A DNA stretch of 64,000 nucleotides from Pyrinomonadaceae bacterium (GTDB lineage: Bacteria > Acidobacteriota > Blastocatellia > Pyrinomonadales > Pyrinomonadaceae): positions 1 to 64,000 of the forward strand of contig JBKBYA010000013.1 of the NCBI GenBank assembly GCA_046313635.1. Reading direction: 5' to 3'. The notes beneath the pieces are model-generated. The model was not told the origin of the DNA, searched no databases, and saw only the letters and a program-made list of their open reading frames with translations. A program made the position numbers and the translations under genes. Below, in pieces: positions 53,888-63,294 of this stretch (position 1 is the first letter of the stretch; the number at the start of each line of letters is the position of its first letter).

Positions 53888-55819
53888 TCATTCGCGATGC
53901 ACGACGAAATCCATATCCGCGAGATCTTGGAGCAGCATGAAGGTCCTCGACTCGGTGATCGGCGTCCCCCGCTTCGACGGTAGAACCGACAGAACGTAAT
54001 ATCGCGACACCGGAAGATCCTCGAAGGTGTAAAAGCCGAAGGAGTTTGAGATGCGGGTTACCGTCAGGCCCGTCTCCGTATCGAGAAGATTCAGGACCAT
54101 ACCCCGAACTCCCCGACCGTTCGCATCGACCACACGCCCGGTCACAAAGGCCGAAGCCGCCGTCGGAGCGAGAGGCTCGCTTGTGTAAGTGCAGAGAATG
54201 TCTGCTCCGGGCTGAGCCACGATCGACGCCGTCTTGTTAGCCAGATCAAGAGACGCGTCGGCCGCCGTCGTGGTGCCGTTCAATGTCTGCGTACAGTCGA
54301 TCGACGTCAGGCGGTAACCGTCAACCGGAGACTCGGTGACAATGATCGGATTCGAGCTGCCGAAGGCCTGCACGTTCGCATCTTGATAGGTCGTGTTGTC
54401 GACCAGTGTAAATGTCGCAGCGGCAAGACGTGTCGCACTAAAAGGGAAAGCCGCTGTCGATGAGGTGCTGGTGCTATTCTGTAGGCGCTTTTTGACCGTT
54501 ACGCGAGCGGAGCTTGGCGTCGGGCTGGGCGTCGGTGTGGCCGTCGGCGTCGGCGTCGGTGTCGCCGTCGGCGTCGGCGTCGGTGTGGCCGTCGGCGTCG
54601 GCGTCGGCGTCGGTGAGGTCGAGCTCAACCATGTATACAAAAGCAGATTGGGCGAGGCCGCATTGTTGGTGGTAAGCACACCGGTTGTCGCGGTGCTCCG
54701 AATGACCTGTGTAACTGTCGCAGCACTGGCAGTCGGATTTGCCGACAAGTAGATCGCCGCGGCACCGGCCACCATCGGAGCCGCCATAGACGAGCCGCCC
54801 AGCGTATTTGTAGCCGTATCGCTCGACGACCATGTGCTGATGATCTGGTGGCCGGGAGCAAAAAGGTCAACGCAGGATCCGTAATTCGAATAGAGTGCCC
54901 TAACGTCGTTGGGGTCGGAAGCTCCGACCGTGATGGCCGCCGGCGTGCGTGCAGGCGTGAAGTTGCACGCATCGTAGTTGCCGTTGCCGGACGCGACCGA
55001 ATAGACGATTCCCGAGTTAATGGAGTTTGTAAGAGCGGTCTCGAGCGCCGGCGACGAACCCGCTGCAGCTACGCTGATATTTGCGACCGCAGGCCTGACG
55101 GCATTGGTCGTCACCCAGTTGATACCCGAGATCAAATTGGATATCTGGCCGTTGCCGTCGCACTGCATTACGCGCACGCCGTGAAGGTAGACGTTTTTTG
55201 CCACACCCCACGTAGCCGCGCCGATGGTTCCCGCGACGTGCGTGCCGTGACCGTTGCAGTCAAAACCATTTTGGCCGTCGCCGACAAAGTCGACCGAAAT
55301 GCTCGCGCGGCCACCAAACTCCACGTGCGTCGGCCGGATGCCCGTGTCGATCACGTAGGCGTGCACGCCCGCGCCGGCTGAGCTGTAGCTGTACTGCGTA
55401 TCGATCGGACGGTTGCGCTGGTCAACCCGATCGAGGTTCCATGGAGCTCCGGTTTGGGTGGCGGTGATCGAAATATAACCGTCCTCCTCGATCGATCGGA
55501 TGCTCGGATCGGCGGCCATTGCCTTGGCCTCCTCCGCTGACATCTCAGCGACAAATCCCTTGACGGCAGACGAAAAAACGGTCTTTACCGATCCGCCGTA
55601 CAGCGAAACAAGGTAGAGACCTTGCGCCTCGACCTCCGGCTCGAGGGCCGCCGCTCCCGTTGTCTCCTCATCGAGAAGGATAATGTATCTATTTGGAACC
55701 GGTGATGCGGCGCGAACGACGTCGCTCTCTTTCTTTTGGGCTGAAGTCCCCGATGGGCCGATGGTCGCAATTCCGAGGACTGTGATGATAAATACCGACA
55801 GGATCCAAAACTTTGTCAT
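53888..55819 (-). CDS. Secreted S8 subtilisin-like protease (I9 propeptide, PT linker, prealbumin-like and C-terminal module)
   Basis: VIDTG, NGHGTHVAG, GSSMAAP catalytic triad; (PT)n linker at about 54515-54615; PTAASAFVTGRV. Confidence 0.92.
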   Translation of the reverse strand: MTKFWILSVFIITVLGIATIGPSGTSAQKKESDVVRAASPVPNRYIILLDEETTGAAALEPEVEAQGLYLVSLYGGSVKTVFSSAVKGFVAEMSAEEAKAMAADPSIRSIEEDGYISITATQTGAPWNLDRVDQRNRPIDTQYSYSSAGAGVHAYVIDTGIRPTHVEFGGRASISVDFVGDGQNGFDCNGHGTHVAGTIGAATWGVAKNVYLHGVRVMQCDGNGQISNLISGINWVTTNAVRPAVANISVAAAGSSPALETALTNSINSGIVYSVASGNGNYDACNFTPARTPAAITVGASDPNDVRALYSNYGSCVDLFAPGHQIISTWSSSDTATNTLGGSSMAAPMVAGAAAIYLSANPTASAATVTQVIRSTATTGVLTTNNAASPNLLLYTWLSSTSPTPTPTPTATPTPTPTATPTPTPTATPTPSPTPSSARVTVKKRLQNSTSTSSTAAFPFSATRLAAATFTLVDNTTYQDANVQAFGSSNPIIVTESPVDGYRLTSIDCTQTLNGTTTAADASLDLANKTASIVAQPGADILCTYTSEPLAPTAASAFVTGRVVDANGRGVRGMVLNLLDTETGLTVTRISNSFGFYTFEDLPVSRYYVLSVLPSKRGTPITESRTFMLLQDLADMDFVVHRE

Positions 55820-56052
55820 TTTTGACTTAACTCCGAGGAAGGTTTTTTAGAGAGGGGTTGGGAGTGCGAAGAGTTTTAGGGCGGATTTTGTCTCCCGTTT
55901 AACAAGGTACAACAAAGCCAAGCACGGGTCAACGGTTTTTCCGTTCAATTTGAGGCTTCTCTCGGTCAAACTGACCGATTCGCTGTCGGATTGGAATTTA
56001 GGCGGAGCGGACGATAAGATTTAAGCCGCGAAGGGAGGTCGCCGGCATTCAA

Positions 56053-56262
56053 ATGGAAGAACTCTTAATGGATTGCATTGGGAAGAGGATCGACGTTTCG
56101 TGCTCGTCACCGGTAGTTTATCGCGGAGTGGCTGCGGAGATACGTTCGGGGCTGCTCGTGCTTAAGGGCGACGACGGCAATCCGGTTTACATCGCGATCG
56201 ATAAGATATCGGCGGTGTACGAATGCAGCGACCATATATCACGTCCAGGCTTTATCGCGTGA
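56053..56262 (+). CDS. Small hypothetical protein (Sm/LSm-like beta pattern)
   Basis: GGGAGG RBS; IGKRIDV..YRG..GLLVL..YIAIDKI; ends PGF. Confidence 0.6.
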   Translation: MEELLMDCIGKRIDVSCSSPVVYRGVAAEIRSGLLVLKGDDGNPVYIAIDKISAVYECSDHISRPGFIA

Positions 56263-56288
56263 GCGTCGTCCGAACACGGAATGCAGAA

Positions 56289-56319
56289 AGAGCCCGCGTC
56301 GTGCACGACGCGGGCTCTC
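56289..56319. terminator. Perfect palindrome between convergent genes
   Basis: AGAGCCCGCGTCGTGCACGACGCGGGCTCT. Confidence 0.7.
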
Positions 56320-56352
56320 TATTTATCGCTTTAGGCTCAGTATCCGGTACGG

Positions 56353-57105
56353 CTACTTTGCAAGAGATTCCTCGATCGCCAGCTCGTTCGGCACCGGCGA
56401 CAGCCGGCGAAAGCCGACGATCCGGTTAGCCCAATATCCCTCAAATTTTGAGTACGTGATGCCCTTGCTTGACGAGGCGTGATAAAAACCGTCTTTGTCC
56501 GCGACGATGCCGACGTGTCCCAGACGGTTGAAGAAAACGAGAGTACCCAACTTAAACCGCTCATCGCCCTCGACCGGGACAGAAGCCTGCCAAAGGCTGC
56601 GTGCGCTCGAGCGTTCAAAGTCGATCCCGGCATCTCGGAAAACCGCCCAAACGAATCCCGAGCAGTCGTATCGATTCGGCCCGGTCGAGCCGTAGAGGTA
56701 CGGAATGCCGAGCTTTGACGTGATCGACTGCAGCATTCTCGAGCTGACGTCATTGCCGTAGGCGGTGGCACGGCCCGCGAGCATGGTCGATACGTTCAGC
56801 GGTGAAGCGGAACCTGTCTTTTGAACGAGCGGCTTTTGGACGACGATCTCATTTGTCAGCGTCGGGCCCGCGGCCGAACGTTCGACATTTGTGGGCTGGG
56901 CTATGACCGGCTGGTTAACTGGGCGCGACGAAACGAGAGGCTGCGTACGTGCGGGTAGAGATGGTGTAACGGTCGGCTGATTGATCGGCCGGCTTGAGAC
57001 CGGCCGTACGACTCGGTCGCGGGTTTGCGCCGTTGTGATCTCCACCGCGCCCGCGATCATAAAAACTGCACAGACCGCGAGACGAACGAACTTCTCAAAT
57101 TTCAT
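56353..57105 (-). CDS. NlpC/P60 (C40) cell-wall peptidase
   Basis: LGIPYLYG, YDCSGFV, GHVGI, FYHASS; signal peptide. Confidence 0.92.
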   Translation of the reverse strand: MKFEKFVRLAVCAVFMIAGAVEITTAQTRDRVVRPVSSRPINQPTVTPSLPARTQPLVSSRPVNQPVIAQPTNVERSAAGPTLTNEIVVQKPLVQKTGSASPLNVSTMLAGRATAYGNDVSSRMLQSITSKLGIPYLYGSTGPNRYDCSGFVWAVFRDAGIDFERSSARSLWQASVPVEGDERFKLGTLVFFNRLGHVGIVADKDGFYHASSSKGITYSKFEGYWANRIVGFRRLSPVPNELAIEESLAK

Positions 57106-57468
57106 CAAGTAATAACTCCTTTTTAGTTTTGTCCGGCCGAAGTGAGGTTCGAGCTTATGAAGTATGCTCGTTCACAAAAAGAAAGCCGGTTCCCGCTTGT
57201 ACTGTTTAATGACCCAGTTGTGTTTCTAGGGGTTGGTAGGCCAAACAAAGATTAGCAAAGCGCGGGCGACGCTGGCAAGTGAGATCTCCATTTTTTTGGA
57301 AATCATCAAAATTTTGGATGAAATTTGCCCTTGCAGCTATCTCGATCGAGTGCCGCGGGGGCGTGAGCGATATTGAAAGAGCTGAAAAAAAGCGCTGCTT
57401 CGGCCATAAAAAAAGGCCCCGGATCGAAGCTCGACCCGAGGCCTTTTCAGTTGATTTGCCGTGACAGC

Positions 57469-57825
57469 TTAGGCCGAGAAAGAGGTTCCGCAGCCGCAGC
57501 CTCCTGTGGCGTTCGGATTCTCGAACGTAAAGCCCGAGCCCATCATGTTTGACGTGTAGTCGATAGTCACGCCGTTCAGGTACTGCGCCGAGAACATATC
57601 GACAAAAAGCCTTATGCCCTGCTGATCGAGAATAAAGTCGCCCTGCCGCGAATCTTCCTCGATGTTGAGACTGTACTGGAAGCCGGAGCATCCGCCCGGC
57701 ACGACGCGAACCCGCAGGCCGGCCGTCTCCGGGAGATCCTCTTCACCGGCCATGAATTTCTTTATCTCGACCGCCGCGTTCTCGGTCACATTCAACTCAA
57801 CTGTCGGGGCTGCAACTGCTGACAT
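57469..57825 (-). CDS. erpA: A-type Fe-S carrier (HesB/IscA/ErpA)
   Basis: GGCSGFQY, NPNATGGCGCGTSF. Confidence 0.9.
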   Translation of the reverse strand: MSAVAAPTVELNVTENAAVEIKKFMAGEEDLPETAGLRVRVVPGGCSGFQYSLNIEEDSRQGDFILDQQGIRLFVDMFSAQYLNGVTIDYTSNMMGSGFTFENPNATGGCGCGTSFSA

Positions 57826-57993
57826 CTTTTGTTTTCTCCTTTGCAAATGTGGGCCTCGGCCCTGACGGCCGAATCCTTACGATATTGTCAATATTACACG
57901 AGGCCGAGCTGAATTAACAAGCTTGCAGATCGGCCCTCCGGAGCCGGTCTTTGTACCGCGGAGGGCATATCTGCGTGTCGACGTGACGAGCGG

Positions 57994-58375
57994 TCAATTG
58001 GGATTTTCGGTCAGCTTTTCGCGCCGCGTGACCCAGAGATCCTGATCACCCGAACCTCCCGGGCGAATCGACATAAAATACAGCTCGGTCCCGTCAAACG
58101 AAAGCGATGGGCCGCCATCGAGGGCACTGCTGTTCACGAGCGGTCCCAGGTTAGTGGGCGTGGACCAGGCGCATTCCGGCAGGTCGCCGACACAAGCTTT
58201 CTTCGAGGTGCACAGGTCTTGAAGACCGGTCGTGCCCGGCCGGTTTGAGTCAAAAAAGATCTCAAGCCCGTCTCGAATCCTGATCTTTGGCCTGATGTCA
58301 TTAGCCGTCGAGTTTAGCGATACGACGGGATAGGCGGGGCCGGCGGTCCCGTTCGATCGAATCGCGTTCGTCTCA
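57994..58375 (-). pseudogene. 5'-truncated PD40 (WD40-like) repeat protein fragment
   Basis: The frame reads ...RDGLEIFFDSNRPG...WSTPTNLGPLVNS..GPSLSFDGTELYFMS.RPGG.G..DLWV. There is no start codon between the upstream TAG (58414-58416) and these repeats. Absent from the ORF track. Confidence 0.75.
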
Positions 58376-58411
58376 TCGCGGAGCGGTGTGTCCGATTGTC
58401 TGTGCTTTTTT

Positions 58412-58858
58412 ATCTACGGCACCGACCAACCGTTGATGGGCGGCGCGATCTGGGTGATGCCGACCTTTGGAGGCAGCCCGAGGAAGATCGTCGACACGGG
58501 GACCTTTCCGTCCTGATCGCCCGACGGCTCCTCGCTGATCTTTACGAGAGGCCCTTGGTAGGGCCAAAGCATCTTTAAGGTCTCGGCAAATGGAGGCGAG
58601 CCCCAGGAGATAGCCGTAAACCTGAAAAAGGCCTCGCCGTTCATCGCCTATCCCAGTTATTCGCCCGACGGCGCCACTATCCTTTTCGAGGCGGCAAACA
58701 ATATTTTTGTCGTACCCGCTGCGGGCGGCGATGCGACCCCGGTCGTCGAAGGAAAACATCCGGTCTGGAGTTCTGACGGAAACGCGATCTTTTACACGAA
58801 TGTCGAGGCAGGCAAGAACTACACGCTCTGGCAGCCGATATCTGGCTGCTGGCTTTGA
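58412..58858 (+). pseudogene. TolB-like PD40 repeat protein fragment with two nonsense codons
   Basis: IWVMPTFGGSPRKI..FPS*SPDG..W*G..YPSYSPDG..HPVWSSDG; TGA at 58514 and TAG at 58559. Confidence 0.78.
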
Positions 58859-59018
58859 ATCAATAGTCTCCGGAGGCCGCGGGCCTCGAGCGTGAAGCCA
58901 CTGCAATAGAGATCACGACCCTCGACCTTGCGGCCGTGATGCAGCACGCGAGAGGCGATCTCCTTGTCGGGCGTTTCAAGTATCGACCCCCGTTTGCCGC
59001 CGGTCGCAAATAAATGTC

Positions 59019-60098
59019 TTACGCCCGGCGCATGACGACCAGCTCGGGCTTCATCGCTTCGATCGAGACCTGTCTTGCGACCTCCTCGGCGACCTTTCGG
59101 AATGCAGCGGCCTGGGGCGAATCGGGTGCCGAGACGACGACGGGCGAGCCTTTGTCGCCGCCTTCGCGGACCTCGATCCCGAGCGGCACCTCGCCGAGGA
59201 AGTTGAGGCCGTATTCGTCGGCCAGCTTTTGCCCGCCGCCTTTGCCAAAGATCTCGTACTTGTTGCCCGTGTCGGGCGCGATGAAGTACGACATATTCTC
59301 GATCACGCCGAGCACCGGCACATTCACCTGCTCAAACATCTTCACCGCACGCCGCACGTCCGAGAGCGAAACTTCCTGCGGCGTCGTCACAAGCACCGAG
59401 CCCTGCACGGGCACGAGCTGCGCGAGCGAGAGCTGTACGTCGCCGGTCCCGGGCGGCATATCGACGATCAAGTAATCGAGTTCACCCCAATTCACGTCCG
59501 TTAGGAATTGCCGCACCACGCCGTGCAGCATCGGGCCGCGGAGGATCATCGGCTTGTCGGGCGGCACGAGCACGGCCATCGAGATCATCTTCACGCCGTG
59601 CGCCTCGATCGGCACGAGCTGGCCGTTGAGCACGTCGGGCTGGCCGTAGCCGGTACCGAGCATAAGCGGAACGTTCGGGCCGTAAACGTCGGCGTCCATC
59701 AGGCCGACCTTTGCACCGTCGAGCGCAAGCGCGACCGCGAGGTTGACGGCGACGGTCGATTTGCCGACGCCGCCTTTGCCGCTCGAGACGGCGATGATGT
59801 TCTTGACGCCGGGAATGGCGACGTTGTTTGCGATGCCGCGTCCCTGCGGCACCTCGGCGTCCATCGTCACGTTCACGTTCGCGACGCCCGGCAGCACGCG
59901 GACGATCTCGCGGGCCATCCCTTCCATCTCGTCCTTGACCGGGCACGCCGGCGTCGTCAGCACGATGCGGAACGAGACGTCGCCGCCGTCGATCTTCAGG
60001 TCGCGGACGAAGCCGAGCGTGACGATATCCTTTCGCAGGTCGGGGTCGATGATCTGCTTAAGCGAATCCAATACGATCTCTTCTGATATTTGGCTCAT
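59019..60098 (-). CDS. mrp: Mrp/ApbC (NBP35) Fe-S cluster carrier ATPase
   Basis: LTTPACP, SGKGGVGKST, DADVYGP, DMPPGTGD, VTTPQ, ENMS. Confidence 0.95.
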   Translation of the reverse strand: MSQISEEIVLDSLKQIIDPDLRKDIVTLGFVRDLKIDGGDVSFRIVLTTPACPVKDEMEGMAREIVRVLPGVANVNVTMDAEVPQGRGIANNVAIPGVKNIIAVSSGKGGVGKSTVAVNLAVALALDGAKVGLMDADVYGPNVPLMLGTGYGQPDVLNGQLVPIEAHGVKMISMAVLVPPDKPMILRGPMLHGVVRQFLTDVNWGELDYLIVDMPPGTGDVQLSLAQLVPVQGSVLVTTPQEVSLSDVRRAVKMFEQVNVPVLGVIENMSYFIAPDTGNKYEIFGKGGGQKLADEYGLNFLGEVPLGIEVREGGDKGSPVVVSAPDSPQAAAFRKVAEEVARQVSIEAMKPELVVMRRA

Positions 60099-60218
60099 TA
60101 CGGTTTGATAAACAGGCAAATTCGGAAAGTAGAATTCTACCAAACGGCGGTCGGATCATCGATCGCGGACGGGCGGCAAGTTGGCCTCGCAGGCCGCGGA
60201 ATTCGATAATGGTCGTGA

Positions 60219-60833
60219 ATGAGCGCCTCACGATCCGAGCTTTTCCGAGAGTTTTACCTGCAGGCACAGGCGTGCCGCGTCTGCCCGGACCTTGCCGACA
60301 AGACCGCCGTTCTGAGCGAGCTTAACGGCAATCTCGCGCCGCGCGTCTTCTTTATCGGCGAGGCCCCGGGCCGGCAGGGGGCCGACCGCACGCGGCGGCC
60401 CTTCTACGGCGACAAGTCGGGCGCGAACTTTCAGCAGCTGCTCGACTCGATCGGGCTGAAGCGCGAAGACATCTTTATCACGAGTGCCGTGATGTGCAGC
60501 CCGCGTTCGGCGACCGACGCCAATCGCAGACCGACGCGCAGCGAGATCAAAAATTGCTCGACGCACCTTCGCCGCACGATCGAGCTCGTCGATCCGCCGC
60601 TGATCGCCACGCTCGGCAGCGTCGCGCTCGAGTCGCTCAAGCTGATCGAGCCGCACGACCTCACGCTCAAAATTCACGCAGGCACCGTCAACCGCTGGAA
60701 CGGCCGCACGCTCGTTCCGCTCTATCACCCGAGCCCGCAGGTCATCGCATCGCAGCGCGGCCTCGCGCTGCAGCTCAAACACTTCGCGACGCTCGCTAGC
60801 TTGATCGATCCCTTCGGAATAACTGAGAACTGA
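60219..60833 (+). CDS. Fe-S uracil-DNA glycosylase (family 4/5-like)
   Basis: CRVC, GEAPG, RT..PF.GDKSG, MC.P, YHPS. Confidence 0.88.
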   Translation: MSASRSELFREFYLQAQACRVCPDLADKTAVLSELNGNLAPRVFFIGEAPGRQGADRTRRPFYGDKSGANFQQLLDSIGLKREDIFITSAVMCSPRSATDANRRPTRSEIKNCSTHLRRTIELVDPPLIATLGSVALESLKLIEPHDLTLKIHAGTVNRWNGRTLVPLYHPSPQVIASQRGLALQLKHFATLASLIDPFGITEN

Positions 60834-60878
60834 TAGCGAGAAGAAGTTGTCAGTTATCAGCTATCAGTTATCACTTAT
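60819..60878. repeat. Inverted heptamer arrays (AACTGAT / ATCAGTT)
   Basis: AACTGAG AACTGAT ... GTCAGTT ATCAGCT ATCAGTT ATCACTT; the left arm supplies the UDG stop codon. Confidence 0.8.
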
Positions 60879-60946
60879 TCCGAAAGTGTCCCGTTTTCAT
60901 TTTCCCGACCCGGCAGAATAAACTGACAACAAGACAGCAGCGATAG

Positions 60947-61882
60947 ATGGAGCAGAATTTCACAGACGCTTACGACCGCATCCGCTCGGGCGGGTTGGGA
61001 TTTATCCGGATGCCTCGCGGCATCGTTGCGGTGCACGGCAAAGAGGCCGTGCAGTTTCTCAACGGGCTGATCACCAACGACGTCGCAAAGCTCAACGACG
61101 GCGACCAGATGCTCGCGGCCTTTCCGAATGCGCAGGGGCGACTGATCGCGGTCGTTCGAGTGGCGCGGATCGGCGATAGATTTATTTTTGAGACCGAAGA
61201 AGCGACGCGCGAAAAGGTCTACAACAACCTGTTTCGTTTTACATTCGCGGGAGACTTCTTTGTCGAGGACCTGCACGAGAGCTATAGGTTCTTTTCGATC
61301 GCCGGTGAAATGACCGATGGAGCTTCGCTGCCTGAAGGGTCGATCGTCCTTGATTCACGGCTCGGCCGAGATGTTCTCGTGCCTGCGACAGAAGCGGAGA
61401 ATTTTGTCGAAGATCTGCGTCGCATCGACGCGGTCGAGATCTCGCCCGAGCTTTACGAGACGCTGCGGATCGAGGCGGGCATTCCGCTTTACGGCGTCGA
61501 TATGGACGAAACGACGATCGTGCCCGAGCTCGATCTTGACGGGATGATCTCTTATAACAAAGGCTGCTACATCGGTCAGGAGATCATCGCGCGGATACAC
61601 TTTCGCGGCCACGTGGCAAAGCAGTTGACCGGGATAGTTTTCGCATCGGCGCCCGGCCAACAGGCAGAAACACGACCGGTAGGGAGCGTGTCCCCAGAGG
61701 CGACCGAACTTGAAACAGCCGACGGAAAAAACGCCGGCCGGATCACATCGGTCACCTTTTCACCAAAGCTCGGCAAAACCGTCGCTCTGGCCTACGTCCG
61801 CTACGACCATCTGGCCGAAGGCACTGAGTTGTACGCTAACGATCTGCCCGCAATCGTAAAGCCGCTGCCTTTCGTCAGCTAG
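60947..61882 (+). CDS. ygfZ: Folate-binding Fe-S repair protein YgfZ/GcvT family
   Basis: FLNGLITND, RIEAGIP, KGCYIGQE signature. Confidence 0.92.
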   Translation: MEQNFTDAYDRIRSGGLGFIRMPRGIVAVHGKEAVQFLNGLITNDVAKLNDGDQMLAAFPNAQGRLIAVVRVARIGDRFIFETEEATREKVYNNLFRFTFAGDFFVEDLHESYRFFSIAGEMTDGASLPEGSIVLDSRLGRDVLVPATEAENFVEDLRRIDAVEISPELYETLRIEAGIPLYGVDMDETTIVPELDLDGMISYNKGCYIGQEIIARIHFRGHVAKQLTGIVFASAPGQQAETRPVGSVSPEATELETADGKNAGRITSVTFSPKLGKTVALAYVRYDHLAEGTELYANDLPAIVKPLPFVS

Positions 61883-61883
61883 A

Positions 61884-62159
61884 ATGAATGTCAATCAAAT
61901 CATTATGACCGACCGCGACATCGACCTGCCCAACGCCAAGCTCGCATACACGATCATCCAGTCTCTGCTCGAGGGCCACGAGGCGCTCAGCGACCTGCTC
62001 GTCGTGATGTCGCACGCGCTCGACGAAGAGATGCTCAAAGCGCTGACCGGCACCGGCGAATGGCAGCGATATCTCGACTCAAAACGCGAGCTCGAACGCA
62101 CGCACGCACAGATCGAAAAACTCACAGACGAACTGCGTCGATTAGATGCGGCGTCGTAA
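61884..62159 (+). CDS. Small helical hypothetical protein
   Basis: Typical codon usage; directly follows ygfZ. Confidence 0.65.
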   Translation: MNVNQIIMTDRDIDLPNAKLAYTIIQSLLEGHEALSDLLVVMSHALDEEMLKALTGTGEWQRYLDSKRELERTHAQIEKLTDELRRLDAAS

Positions 62160-62211
62160 CTGGAGCGTAATTATTGATTGAACAATTAGTAATTAGTAAT
62201 TAACTATCGAA

Positions 62212-63237
62212 ATGCTCGACCTCATCATCATCGGCGCCGGCCCCGCGGGTATCTCGGCGGCTTTCGAAGCAAAGAAGCACGGACTCGAATACGTCGTTAT
62301 CGAAAAGGGACTGATCGGCAATACGATCTACAACTATCCGGTCGGATTGACGGTCTTTTCGACGACGAACGAGCTCGAGTTTGCCGAGGGCGGCCTCAAG
62401 CCCGCGCGCGAAAAGCCGACGCGCGAAGAGCTGCTTTCGTATTACGTGCGCTTTGTACTCGACAATGAGTTGAATGTGCGGACCGAGGAGCGGGTCGTTC
62501 GGGTTGCAAGGATGTCAGAAGCGGAATTTCCCGCGGAGACGCAGAGACGCAAAGAACGATTCCGAGTTATTACCGACAAGGGCGAGTACACGGCGGCAAA
62601 CGTTCTCTTCGCGATCGGCGCGATGGACCATCCGCGGCGACTGAACGTCCCGGGCGAAGATCTGCCGAAGGTGCACCATCAGTTTCGTGAGACCTACCCT
62701 TGGGTGCGAAAAAAGGCTTTGGTCGTCGGCGGCGGAAATTCAGCGGGCGAGGCCGCGCTGTTTCTCGCCGCGGAAGGCGCCGATGCGACGCTCGCCATCT
62801 TTCGTTCGGACTGGGAAAACACCGACCCCAAGCAGGGCTGCATCAAATACTGGGTCAAAGGCCCGCTCGAGAACGAGGTCAAAAAGCACTGCCTCAAACT
62901 CTTTTTTCTCGGCCGAGTCCTGGAGATACGCGAGCGCGAGGTCGAGCTCGAAAACGAGAGCGGCGAGCGCTGCACCGTCGAGAACGACGTTGTCTTTGTG
63001 CTGATCGGCTCTGACGCCGACCTGACGATGTTGAGAGATTTGGGCGTCGCGACCGAGCAGGGAAAGAACGGCGAAGTTCCGGTCTACGATGCCGAGACCT
63101 TTGAGACGAACGTGCCCGGAATCTATGTCGCGGGCCACTTCACAAATCAGCGGCATATCAAAGGCGCGATCGACGCCGGCAAGGCCATCGTCCCGCGGCT
63201 CGCGGCAAAGCTGAAGGGAATTGCCGCCGGCGAATGA
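62212..63237 (+). CDS. YpdA-like NAD(P)/FAD disulfide oxidoreductase (TrxB family)
   Basis: GAGPAG, IYNYP, KPTREELLSYY, GGGNSA, FETNVPGIYVAG; no CxxC. Confidence 0.8.
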   Translation: MLDLIIIGAGPAGISAAFEAKKHGLEYVVIEKGLIGNTIYNYPVGLTVFSTTNELEFAEGGLKPAREKPTREELLSYYVRFVLDNELNVRTEERVVRVARMSEAEFPAETQRRKERFRVITDKGEYTAANVLFAIGAMDHPRRLNVPGEDLPKVHHQFRETYPWVRKKALVVGGGNSAGEAALFLAAEGADATLAIFRSDWENTDPKQGCIKYWVKGPLENEVKKHCLKLFFLGRVLEIREREVELENESGERCTVENDVVFVLIGSDADLTMLRDLGVATEQGKNGEVPVYDAETFETNVPGIYVAGHFTNQRHIKGAIDAGKAIVPRLAAKLKGIAAGE

Positions 63238-63257
63238 CCGGTGCATCTGTTTTATCT

Positions 63258-63285
63258 TTGACATCGAGCGCCGCTCAACTAAAAT
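63258..63285 (+). promoter_or_regulatory. Sigma70-type promoter of the LexA-like gene with a palindrome in the spacer
   Basis: TTGACA-N16-TAAAAT, 9 nt before the ATG; GAGCG-C-CGCTC lies between the boxes. Confidence 0.6.
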
Positions 63286-63294
63286 GACTCCCGA

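Noticed and set aside
54512..54615. (GTCGGC)n hexamer repeat
   Set aside because: It simply encodes the Pro-Thr linker of the S8 protease.
58514..58561. In-frame TGA and TAG as selenocysteine, pyrrolysine or recoded stops
   Set aside because: The TGA replaces a conserved Trp by a single transition, the fragment lacks both ends, and TGA and TAG terminate ordinary genes throughout the window. Decay is the simpler explanation.
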